This document shows positions 1 through 12,000 of a stretch of DNA of 35,162 bases, one piece after another. The notes beneath the pieces are model-generated. The model did no database searches and was not told the DNA's origin. It worked only from the letters and a program-made list of their open reading frames with translations. Position numbers and translations under genes: made by a program. Source of the DNA: an uncultured bacterium (GTDB lineage: Bacteria > Omnitrophota > Omnitrophia > Omnitrophales > Aquincolibacteriaceae); the NCBI GenBank assembly GCA_964389345.1, contig CAYMER010000070.1:1-35162 (forward strand), given 5' to 3'. The number at the start of each line of letters is the position of its first letter. The stretch's first letter is position 1.

Positions 1-3000
1 TCGCTCCGGCTTCAGACTTCGCAGGGACGGATTCCGGACGGACCGTGCTTTCGGGCTTAAGCAAAGAAGCTTGGACCGCATAACTTTCCGGCGTTACTTT
101 GGGATCGTGAACAACATTTCCTTCTGTCAGGGCGCTTCCGACCATTTCCCGCGCCCAGGCCAGGACCCCCGTCAGGAACTGGTTATCCTCCGGCGGTCTC
201 ACAGCTCTGGGAAGATCGTTCGGTTTCCACTCGGCCTTCCTGAAATCTGTGATCGTGCCTTTTTCATCAATTGCAAAAAAGAATTTCCCGAACTTGGGAC
301 CGACTTTGAAAACGATATCCTCACCCTCATGCATCTTGACCCAAAGTAAAAGATCAAAGGTCACCTGCTTAACAAAATCGCTTTGGGTCGCGTCATAGGT
401 GAAATGCACGAGGTGTTGCCCGAACGGCACATTCATCTCCGCGAGGATCCCCGATTGAGCCTCGTCTTCAACAACCCCGATGTTCCCGACCACATGGATC
501 TGCCGAGTTTCCGAACGGGCGTTTTGGATTCCATCGAGAAATTTGCGGGCGCGGAAAAAACTTTGACTTCCCTTGCGGCCGCCGGAAACAAGGTCCCCGG
601 CAAGAAAAACTTTCGCCATCTTCCGGACGCCGGCATCCGGAGAAGAAACCTCAACGGCGCGCAGTGCGTCCCGCACAGCTTCCGGTTCCATGGTTTTCAC
701 CCGAAGTGCCGAACGGGCAGGAGTTGTTTTTTTCTTAAGCAACAAAAGCTGGACGTGGTCGCCGTCACCGCCGAACGGAATACGCAGGGTCCAGCCCTGA
801 AGCAGGTCGTCGCGTTCTCCGTAATCGATCCCCGCCAAAAGATCCTGCACCCGATACGCGGTCCCCGGTTCAATGATCTGCTCAAGACCGGCCGAGACCT
901 GGGTCGATACTTTTCCGTCGCCCGCCGCGACTTCACGGCTGGCGGCATCGAGCTGGATCGCAGCCACAACGACATCTCCTGAAGCATTTTTTGAGGCCAA
1001 AACAAGCGAGCTTTTATGCGAAGAATCCAACACGTAAAAATGATGTTTCCCGGCCCGGGGCGCATCTTCTCCCAAAGCAGTTTGGATATTCGCCAGGGCG
1101 TGACTAAGCCTTGAATGGAACGAAGGATCCCAGGCGGAAACCCGCGGCGTATTCAACAGATCGGGTCTGAAAAGACCGATGAGCGTCATCGTAGGTCTTA
1201 TTTTATCCCCAAAAAAATCAGCGGCTTCCTTGGGATCATCGCTTGCCAGGATCTCCAGCTGCTCGAAAAGATGGTTCGATGTAGGCGCCCCTTCCGGAGA
1301 CTCATAGCCGGTTCTTGCCTGGCGGATCAAATGCCTGAGAGAAGACGCGTCCTGCTGTTCTTGGAGACGGACGGGTTCCAGGAGGCTGTTCGAAAGCAAC
1401 GAATACGGAACCGGCTGCAGCTCAAGGATCTCAAGACCCAGAGGCATGGGAACGCCGATCCCCAGCACGGTCACGGGATTTTCTTTTGCATGGATCCTGT
1501 GATTTTTTCCGAGTTTGGGTTCCCTCACCTGGACGAACCGCACATCGGGCGCTCCCTCCACCAGCAGATTAAAAGCGGCGGCATCGATAAGGACCTGGGT
1601 GCGCGCCTTGTAACCTGTAAAACTCTGTTTTTCTTCACGTTGAACGGGGGCCCCAAGATTGAGATCCACCAGCACGGGCTTTCTGCCCTTGGCTGCGAAG
1701 ATAAAAGACTGGATCTTTTGATCATGGGTCCTGAGAGAATGCGCATTCGAATGTCCCTCAAGATAGCGAGAAATGTATTCGGCCCACGGTTGATAAGTTT
1801 CCCCGGTGCCCTGCGTTAATTCGTCTCTCAAGGCTTTTGCCTGCTCCGGATCCGCTTTCACATAGCGCTCGAACCAATTCCCTGCCATGCGCACCAAAAG
1901 CATTTCTGTAAGGTCCATGGCCTGTAAACTGAGAACTATTTTTTGTTTTTCATCGGAGTCGGCCGTTTCCCTAGCCATTTGTTCGATCCTCTTTCTTAAA
2001 GGATCCACTCCCGGAGACATGCCCTGGAGACTCGCCAGGATATATTTAAAAACGTCTCCCTGATTAACATGATGTTTCAAACTGTCCAGGGCATCCATCC
2101 CTCGCGTCGCCTCTGGGTTTTTCGGATCAGACCGCTGCCAGGTTTTGATCTCACGGAAAGATTTGAACATGCCGAAAAGCCCCATCCCTCTTGCGTAATG
2201 CGTCCTTCCGTCCCGCATCCCCTGCCAAACGAAATCAGCGGCTTTCATGGGCGCGGCATAATCCGAAGACTGGAAATGGAGCTGGCGGAACAACGCTTCG
2301 CTCTTTTCCTCATCCTCAAGTGTCTGTTCGAGCAAATAAGCGTGGGCCATGGCCTGGCCGGTCACCATGTCCACTTTCCAGGAAGCCGCTACGGATTGAT
2401 ACATGCGTTCGCGCCGTGTTTTGGGATCAGAACGCAGCGTCTTGATCTTTTGCAGGGCTTCCACAAGACTTACCACGGACGGACGCCGCCCGCCGCCCTC
2501 CTGAGTGCTCCGCTCATTGTCATCGTACCAGACAGGAATTCCGTTCAAAACCTCCCACTCACCGCGCTTGACACGCTCCCGCATGATGTCATGAGTAATG
2601 ACCGTTTTGTTCGGCTCGCCTTTGTCGTTCAAAACCCGGATGATTTCACCGGTCCGGATATCGCGAATGACCCAGACCTCGGGATTCGCCCCGCCGAAAA
2701 CGCCCATGACCTCGCCGCCGTTCGTTTCATTCTTTTCCATGCTGGTGGCCGAAGCTTCCAGGTCCTCATCGGAAAGCATCATGCCTCCCTCCGTTCCGCG
2801 GAAAATGATCTGGGCTTCATAATACGTGTAATCTTCCAGCGTCCCGATGCGATCCTCCAAGCCGAGCAGTTCGGTCAGGAAGCGGATATAAAGGAAACGT
2901 TCATGGGCGTCTTTCAGGTTAAAAGTCCGGCCGCCGATCAGCAGCCGGCCGATCGTTCTCCTGAGTTCCTCGATCGAGCGCTGATCCTTTAACCGGCTGC

Positions 3001-6000
3001 GGAGCACCTCGAATTCATTTTTGTAGCGTTCCTCGTTCTTGTCGATGCCGTCCTTGTAAGCTTTCCAGAATCCGAAGAGCGAAATGAAAGGCCTCCAGGG
3101 CTCATCCTTATCATCATAATTCTTTTTCTCCCAGGGAACATGGACCCCCGCCTCGGCGCCTGCTTTCGTCACGACCTCTTTCAATTCCTGTTCATATTTG
3201 TCCGGTCCTTTATAATCGACCTGGCGACGGACATTGGCAACGACCGGATCGTTAAGAAGCAGATCGCGGACCTGAGAAAATTCCGAATCGAGCCTGGTCC
3301 AATCTTCCGGCCGGTTCTCCTGGGCCGCTTTTTTGACAAGAGCCTGCATTTCTCCCAGACGAGCCAACAGCTGGTCCATGCTCATGTTGTTTTGTTGTAT
3401 ATAATCCTTGAACGTGTTCCCGAGCCAGTCGCGTCTTCCCGTAAAACCGTATTTTTCCCGGAGCCAGGTCAAAAGGGTTGCCGCATCCGCGGCGCTCACC
3501 CATTCGTTCTCGGATTTAAAAATCTCGCGAAGGTCCGGATGTTGGTCCAGGATCCCAAAGAATTCGCGGTCATTGGCTTCCGCCGGAAGTCCGTACTCGG
3601 GAGCAGGCGTCGCAAGCGTTTTCTTGTGATGCTCGATGACCGCTCTCCGGTCAGGAGACTGCCAGCGCGGGAGGAAAACACCGTTCGTGCTGCGGATCTG
3701 CTGCTTGGCATCATAAAAACCGCGGACCTTGTGCCAGGCGGTTCGAAAAATGTTATTGAGGAGCGCGGGAAGATGTTCCACAAGCCCTACGCCCGAGATC
3801 AGATGAAAGATCTCCGCCGTAAAATCCGCAATGCTGATCTTACCGTCATGAACGATCGTTGAGCGAAGCCACTCGGGAAACCCGAAAAAACCGTAATAAC
3901 CTTCCCAGGCCTCAAAAAGACCGGGGCGGAAGACCGTATGATTGAGCGTGGTCCGTTTCACGCGCTTGAGATGTTTGAGAGGAAGGCTGACAAAAACTTC
4001 GTGGTCGAGAAGGATAACATTATCCGGATCCGGGTTGCCTTCAAGATGGCGGATCAGAAGTTCGCTCGCCTCGCTAAAGGCGGCCATATGGATCTCGCGC
4101 ATCCCCGTATCGTCATACACTTCATCAAAGAAAGGTTTTTCTCTTCCCTCGGCGTCAACGGTGTACCCGTCCAAATAATGTTGCGGCGACCGGTGTTTCT
4201 CATAATAGGTCTTGTAGGCCCGGAAATAGACCGTGGCCGGGGCGTTGTTGATAACCGTTTGGACCCGCAATTTGACCGGGGTCAATTCCATGGCTTTTTT
4301 GACGATCTCGCCGAAAAGGATCCTCTGTCCCTTCGCATCCAGTCCCTTGACCGGCTTGTTCTTGATGAAATTCCAGAGAGGGTGGATGCCGGTCACATTC
4401 ATCCCAATCGCGGCCCAGGCTTCGAACAGATCGGGCAAGAGAGCCCCGAGACCGCCTGTTAATGTTGTTTGCGAAATTTTGCCGGCCGTGTAAGCATCGT
4501 ACAATTCCTCTATTTTTTTCAAAACGTGCATGGGATAACCGGCCTCGAATTGCCGGCTGTAAACATGCCTCTTCGCCAGCTGAGGAGTTTTCGCTTCAGC
4601 CCAGGTCGTCCCTTCTTCCGCCCGCATCTCGGACCTCGCCGGAAGCCAGGCATCTTTTTCAATGGCAACAGCGTCGCTCGCTCGCAGTTCGGAGCGCCTT
4701 CGCAAAAGACTCATTTCCCCGGCAAGAACCGCATGCGCACTGCTAAACTTCGCGACAAGGTCACCCACGGAATCCAAAGCCCGCGGATGATTTCTGCGGA
4801 GAATGTCCTCAATGATGGCCTTCATAAGGTACAAGCGGCTATTGGGCGTGAAATGGAATACCGGCGGCGCCCCTTCTTCTTGCGTGACGAGCCCTTTCAA
4901 TTTTAGCGCCTTCACGAACATCGCGAAAAGCATGTCCTGCGGGTAGTTCGGCGGTTTCATTTTTTGATAATCAAGCAGGGCGACAAATTCATTCGGCATC
5001 AGGACAAGATTTCCACCGTGGTAATCCCACCGGCGCACCCCTTCCCCTTCCAGAACGGAGGCCACTTTTGACACGCGAACCATGACGTTAAGGACGTGAA
5101 GGAGATATTCTTTTTCGGGCAAAGACTGTATCTCTTTAAGGTGGTGCTCCCAATCCAGTCCTTCGATATAGGGATAGACGATCGTGAGGGCCTCAGAACC
5201 AGCCCAAAGAGGCATGGCCTCTCCTGTGCTGGTTTTAAAGGCTCGTACCGCTTTAAAAAGAAGCGGGTTATAGACGCGGGCCTGGACGCCGTGCCTCGCG
5301 AGGATCTCATTGGCCAGGTTCCTCGGCTCCGTCCGGTTCCCGAGCGCGGACATCAGCCTTTCGATCGCTTCCTCCTCCTGCTCCTGCTTGTCTTCATCAT
5401 AGAACCTCTTGATGACATAGATCCTGCCGGAAGGATCCCCCTTGATCGTCGCGCGGTAAAGCTTTGAGGGACTGGACGACGACTTCGAGATCTCTTCAAA
5501 AAGAACGAAGGTTACTTCGTCCTCGAAAGAGCTATGGGGCGCCTGCGGCCGCATCACAAGCATTTCGTCCATTCTCCGGTCATGCTTCTGGTCCCGGATC
5601 CTCCAGGCCGCGTGAAGATGATCGAGCACTTCGGCGCTTTGAAGCATCCACCTGTGGAACTGGCCGGGTTGCAGCTTGAAATAGATCTTGGCCGCGGTTC
5701 CCTGAATATTTTCGAGCCGGACATTCTGTCCGACATAGAATTCCTGGCCTTTTCCGCGGCCCTCCTCCGCAAAAGGGTCCCAGAGCCAGAAATCGCCGAA
5801 GGCCTCCTCGATCGTGGCGGACTTGAGGTGGGGCTGCCTTTTTAAATAAGCGTTCTGTATCTCGGGAAAGTCGTTCAGGTCCACATCCACGACCCCTTCC
5901 CGTAATTCTTCCGAATGGTTATCAATCACCAGGAAGCGATTGGTAGAACTGGTCTCCGGAGTACCGAGGAATGCTTCCACTCCCGGCCTCGAACGAACCA

Positions 6001-9000
6001 CCAGCTCTTTTTCCTTCTCAAAAACAGGACGCTTCCCCGTGGAAAGCATTTTGGAATTCACAACCTGTTCCCATTCCCCCATATCCCGCCGGATTTTCGA
6101 AGGCGCTAACACCTGAGAATCCCCGACTGTCGGACGGACAGGGGCAAGGCTTGCTCGCAGTTCGGAGCGGGATCTGACCTCCGGGACCTCCGAACGGGAA
6201 ACAAAAGAACGGACCGCGGAGTTGATGCGTTGAAGGGATTCCTCGCGCGTTGTGAGGATCTTCCTGAGTTCGCCCGCATGAACCAAGCGATCGATCCATA
6301 ACAAAAAGGCCGCGGGAACGCTCAGCACGACCGCCACTTCTCCAAATGCCCGGGTCAAAAGAACCGTCAGAGCGATGACGCCGCTCCAGTAGATCCCGTT
6401 GACTTTCAGGGAACGCCAGAGAGACGGTCTTAAACCATTCGCAAAACGCGCAAGCAGGGACAATATTCCATCCATATCCCGCTGAACCAAAAACCCGTCT
6501 AGTTCTTTACGATACTCACGAGCCTTGAAAAACCGCCCCCAAAGCTCGAGTGCGCCGTCATGGTCCAGCATCTCGAACCGGACCTCCCGGTAAAAATCCT
6601 TCCGGTCCAACTCACCTTCCGCTTGTCCCCGCATCTCGGAACGATTGACGCGGTCGATGACGACGATGCGATAGAAGCGTTTTGCAGGAAGCGCGCCTCC
6701 CGTGAAACTGCCGTCGTCGATCCAGCTCGCGACCGTACCGTCCGCCACGATCCCACGCTGCACAAGCTGCCAAGAACCTGTTTTGAGATCATCCCGGTAT
6801 TCGATCTGATAAACAAAATTGGTTTGGGTCTGGAAGGTGACCTTGAAGTTCCCGTTCGTTTCTTTAAGCCCCTGGATCACCGGCGCTTCGACCGACACGA
6901 GCGCCTGCCGCCGCGTGGCATTTGGATCGATGCTTAGCGTCGTTGTTGCCGTAATTGTCGCAGTCGTATTGGTTTCGGCAAGCGCACCCGTCCCTTTTTT
7001 TGCGATCATCGCCCACCCGCCGTTATAACCAACGCTTCTGATTTGGGTGCTGCCTAAAGCTTCAATGGCCTGATAAGCTTGTTCCACACGAGGATCAGGC
7101 CACGCTGAACCACCAGGGCCTTGGATAAATCCTCCCTCTTCGGCAATCGCCATAATGACAATTTTTCCGTTAGGAATACTATTCAAATAGCTTACAAAGG
7201 TCGGAAAATAAACGTGCGGATGGCCCCATACGTCCCCTTCCATAAAATAAGTATCAAAATGTTGAAAATCTTCCATACGATTTCCAGTATAAGAATCCAG
7301 CACCGCAACATTGATCCCGCGGCCGCCTTTATCTCCGCCGGCGCGCGAAAAAACGGTTTTACCATTTAAGGTAAAGACCGCGGGGTTGCCTGAAGTCGCG
7401 GTCATCACAGGATTCGTCACCAGAGGAATGCCGTTTTGACCGTCCAAAGCAAACCTCTGCTGAAATGCCGGGACAACTAGCTTCGGTTGGCGCCCGATGT
7501 TAAACCATCCGAACCATTTTTCGTCGTTGTAGCCGTCCGGCTGACCATAATTCACTTCGGTCGAGTAGCCCTGACTTCCGGTGTAACCGCCTTTATACCA
7601 TTCATCCTGAAATTCAAAAGCAAGCGCACCGGATACGATCCCGCCCGTTCTTTCCGCGGCAAGATTGAATAATATTTCATCCCAAAGACCGATATTGAAA
7701 TCCCTCTGCATGGCCTGATCTTCGCTGCCGCCATACATCGATGTGTGTTTAAAGGAATCCGCGCCGAACTCGGTAACAAACATGGGCTTGTTCGAGATCC
7801 TCGCCCATTGGGAAAACGCATCCGTAAAACTTGCATTGCGGTAAAGTTGCAGCCCCCAAACATCGACGCTCGGGACCATATTACCGATAATCTGGTTTGA
7901 AAAATAAACCGTTCCGTCTGTTGGTTGCCATGGCGCAATATCGGGTTCCAAGTAATGATAAGTGCCCCAGGCGGATGTCGTTTCTGACATGGGGATATGC
8001 AGGTCTCCGTAAAAACTGACAACAGGGTGATTTGTATCGATCGATCTTACGATTTGGGCTGAGCGTTCCGTAAACTGAGCCGCAGCTTTTATATCGGGAA
8101 AAAACCCATAATAACGATTAATATCCCACTCATTTCCGATACCCCAGCCAAAGATCGCCGGGTGATTTTTGAAAGCGTTCACGACCACTGGGATATTGTT
8201 AGAATTGGCCGTATCGCCGTAATAAGGTGCGGTCGCCGGCAGAATTACTTTAATCCCGTACTTGTAAAACATATCAAGTACGGCCTTGGCTTCGGCATTC
8301 GTTCCCATGTCGTAATAAAGCCTTGCGACATTAACGCCATTGCTCGCCATCAGAGGAATATCATTGGTGTACCACTTAAAGAATTCTTGACGAAAAGCCG
8401 GCGCGTTAGCCGCAGGATCCGAATTTGTGGAGGCTGGGCTCCAATTCACACCTTTTATCGTGAACGCATAATTCGTCCCCAATGTTCCGTCTTGCTTGCG
8501 TTCTTTGACAAAGATCCGGCGATCGCCGGGCTGGGTATAAACTTTCGTCGGCTGGGTCGGAACGCCGAATGCGCCGGCATAAGTTTCTTGGGCCCATCCA
8601 AAAAACGCCATGACGCCCATGAGCACAAATTTCATCAGGCTTGTCCGCGCCTCGGAACGGACAGACCCTGGACGAGGAGCCGCGAAAGAAGCGTCGTTCG
8701 ATTGCAGAAAAGCATGGACCCTGGCCCGCTCCGCGCCGGTCATCTCCGGAGTCCCTTGAGCGACCCGGCTGGACGGGATCACTTGCTGGAATCTCAAGGC
8801 TTCCTTGAGTCCCGCGATCTCTTGAGTCCGGCCGGCGGTCAGTTCCGGAACGATACTGCGGATCCGCCTCTGGATCTCTTCAAGATGCTTTCCGCCGAGC
8901 CCTTCTTCGACAAGCTGTGCCGGCAAAGGGCTCACATTTCCGAACGAGGACACCGCGCCGCGCGCGCCCAGGATCAGCGCATCATCGATCGCAAATTCAT

Positions 9001-12000
9001 CGCCCGCATAAACAGTGAATCCATAATTGGAATATTCTTCCGTCAGGTGTTGCGGCCCTGAATTTTTAACGAAGGCGACCCGATCCGCGATCTCGGCGAG
9101 TTTCCGCGCAGGAATATTCTTTCCTTGGGAGAGCGCGGGATTGTTGTAAACGCCGACAGGCAAAGAAGTGGCCATTCTGCGGAAATGATCCGGGATCTGC
9201 CCGGGATCTGCCAAATAATAAAGAGGACAAACGACCAACGCATGAACACCCCGGAACGCCGAAACTTCCTGGATATTCTTCAAGGTCTGAGCTTCGGTGT
9301 TACCTGTCACGTTCGCGTGAACGATCATTTTCCCGAACGCTTCGGCAGCGGCTGCCGCAAAAAGTTCGATAGCCTGCAACCGCTGGTGATTCGTCAGTTT
9401 ATCGAACTCTCCGGTGCGACCCATGACAAAAATCGCGCGGGTCCCCTGGCTGATAAGATGAGCGACTAACTGCCTGATCCCGGTTCCATCGATCTTTCCG
9501 TCATGGGTGAGCGGCGTGATCACCGGAACGATGTTCGTCGCCGGGGTTACATCGCGCCAACTCCGCGACTCCTGCCCGGAGCGATTTTCGCTCCGTCGCG
9601 CCGTCTGAGGAACTTCGCGCCTCGCCTTCCTTTCCGGGCGGCGTTTCTCAGCGAAGATCTTTATTTCGTTTTCCCCGGACCCCGTCTCGGCCTGGATCGT
9701 AAAATGAATGTCCTCACCAAGATCGTGCATGGCTCCATAAAGAATCATGCTCTTCCTGTTCCAATCCTGCACTGTAAGCGGAGCATCGAAAGACTGCTCC
9801 TGGGCACCGGCTAGAAGAGTGATTCTGAAAAATCTTTCTTCGCCTGCGAGGCCCCTATAAACCAGGTCCCTGATACGCTCAAAAGCCGCGGAAAGGTTCC
9901 CTTCGGCCCTCACTTCAGAGCGGCTGGCGGCGACATTCAGCTCCACGCGCATTTTGCTGGGATCGATCCTTGTCGTGGGATTATCCAGGATCCCTTGCAT
10001 CAGTTCCTGGGCGCGCTCGGAAATGGCATCCTCCGTCACATGGTCCGCAGAAACGGTTTCCCCTGTCCTTAAAACCGTGAGGGCCTTCTCGAGATAGACA
10101 AAAGCAGACGGAACGGAAAGGTCGAAATTATTGTAGTTCTGAGCCGGATGGGTCACCCACCTCGGAAGTTCCTGACCTCTCATGGAAGTTAAAAATGCTT
10201 CGAGTTTTTCCGCCGTCAGGTCTCCTTTCCGGATAGCCTCAAGTTGTCTCAAGGCGGAACGGATCATCATCCCCGCCGGCACAAGATATTCCCTCCGGTC
10301 CCCGGGCGCTTTGGAAAGCTTGTAAGACTGCCGGGCCAGAGGGCTTTCGGAAGCGGCCGTAAATTCTCGGATCGCTTTGTCCATGAAACTACCGGCCTGC
10401 GCCGCCGCAGCCTCGGGCAAAGTCCTTGTTTCTTGTTCAGAGCGATTTTCGCTCCGGTGAGGCTCGTCTGCCTTCGGCAAGGCGGCAGCGCGGGCTTCGG
10501 GACGACCCTTTTCGACAAGGGGGGCCACGATCTGCGATTCCAAAACTGTATGGGTCCCGACGGCAGAAGAATCTTTTCCGTCTTTCCTCAAGAGATCTAA
10601 AGTATTGTTCAAGTCGGCGACCAAAAACCCAAGGCTTGTTTTTTCATCCAGAATTTTTTCATTCGCCAGAAAAACGCTTCCTTTGTTAGCCAGGGTCGCC
10701 GCCGTCCGGCCCGCTTCTTTTTCCAGGATCCTCGCCGTTTGTTCCGGCAAAGTCCCGGTTTGGCGCCCCTCAGCTGTAAAAACAAGAAGGGGCTCGAAAT
10801 CAAAAGAATAAACCTGCAACAACCAGCGCCGCGCGTTTGCAAGCGCTTCATCAACCTTTCCCTTTAGTTCGGATGAAAGGCCGGCGCCTGTTTCCTTGGA
10901 AACGTCACTAAAAAGTTCGGTGATTTTAACTTCAAGTTCCAGCCCTTCGGCCTCCAGATTCCTCCGGTGGTTCGCCTTCCCCGTTCCGCTTTGGGTCATC
11001 ACTCGCGGCAATGCGGCGTCGCTCATTTTAAGAATGGCTTCCTGGATCCCGGCGAGCCCTTTTTGAGGGTCGATGCCTAAAGGCGGTTCCGGCCCCCAAT
11101 GACGGCTGTCGACGAAACGGTCCGTTACATCCAGAAGCACGCGGAAGAGGAAGTATTCTGCTTCTTCCCGCGAGGACAGCGGGTGATTCTTCCCGAGCTT
11201 GTTCGTGATCTTCCGGAGTAAGGGGCCTGTTATGCCCGGATGACCCGCCACCATTTTCTGAATGTCCTTGAAAATATCGTTCTCTGCCAAAGCGATCAGA
11301 TTCGAACTCGCTTTCATAGCGTTCTGGAAAGTCTGGTAGGTCTGAAGGGACTCCTGGCCGGAAACCGTCATGTTTGAGGCGGTAAAAAAAGCCGGCCGTC
11401 CGGGCTTGTGCCAAAAGTCGAAGAGGATCCATCCGGCCCCTGCTACCGCCGCCACCCCGGCAAAAAGGGACAAGCCAACGAAAGCCCTCCGCCGGTTTTG
11501 TTGCCTTGCCTGTTCTTTCTGTAATTGTTCGCGGCGCGTGGCTGCTTGTTGCCTTACCGTTTCCGCTACTAATTCGCGTGCCGACGCCTCGGCTGCTTTC
11601 GCCTGCTCGGCTAGTTGTAATCGTTCTGCTTCTTTCGCTTCCGCAGTTCTCAATTTCCTTTGAGCATGCTCTTCCTCGCTCACGATCTTTGCCGGAAGGT
11701 CGCTCGGCACGGTCTCCCCTGTTTCCCGTTGAAGTTCTTGGAACAACTTTGTGATGACTGTTCTGTCAGGAAGGGTCAGCAGGACTTCGGGCTCCACGCG
11801 CGGGTCCGTGATACGAAGCAGGTCTCTTTGCCAGTACACCAGAACCGCTTGCGGATCTTCGGGATCTCCTTTGAAATGATTCGAAAAAAGAGGCCTGCCG
11901 TTCAACGTTGCTGTTTCGTCCGTGCCTACAGTTCCGGCCGGAAGCTGGAACTCATATTCGAGCGAGACATTGCCGCGCAGATATCCCGCGATAGTTTCCG

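Noticed and set aside
11490-11680. The Ala/Glu/Gln/Arg-rich stretch, and the acidic stretch at about 23440-23640, as tandem DNA repeats.
   Set aside because: I saw no nucleotide-level periodicity. They read as coiled-coil or acidic low-complexity protein linkers inside the same frame.
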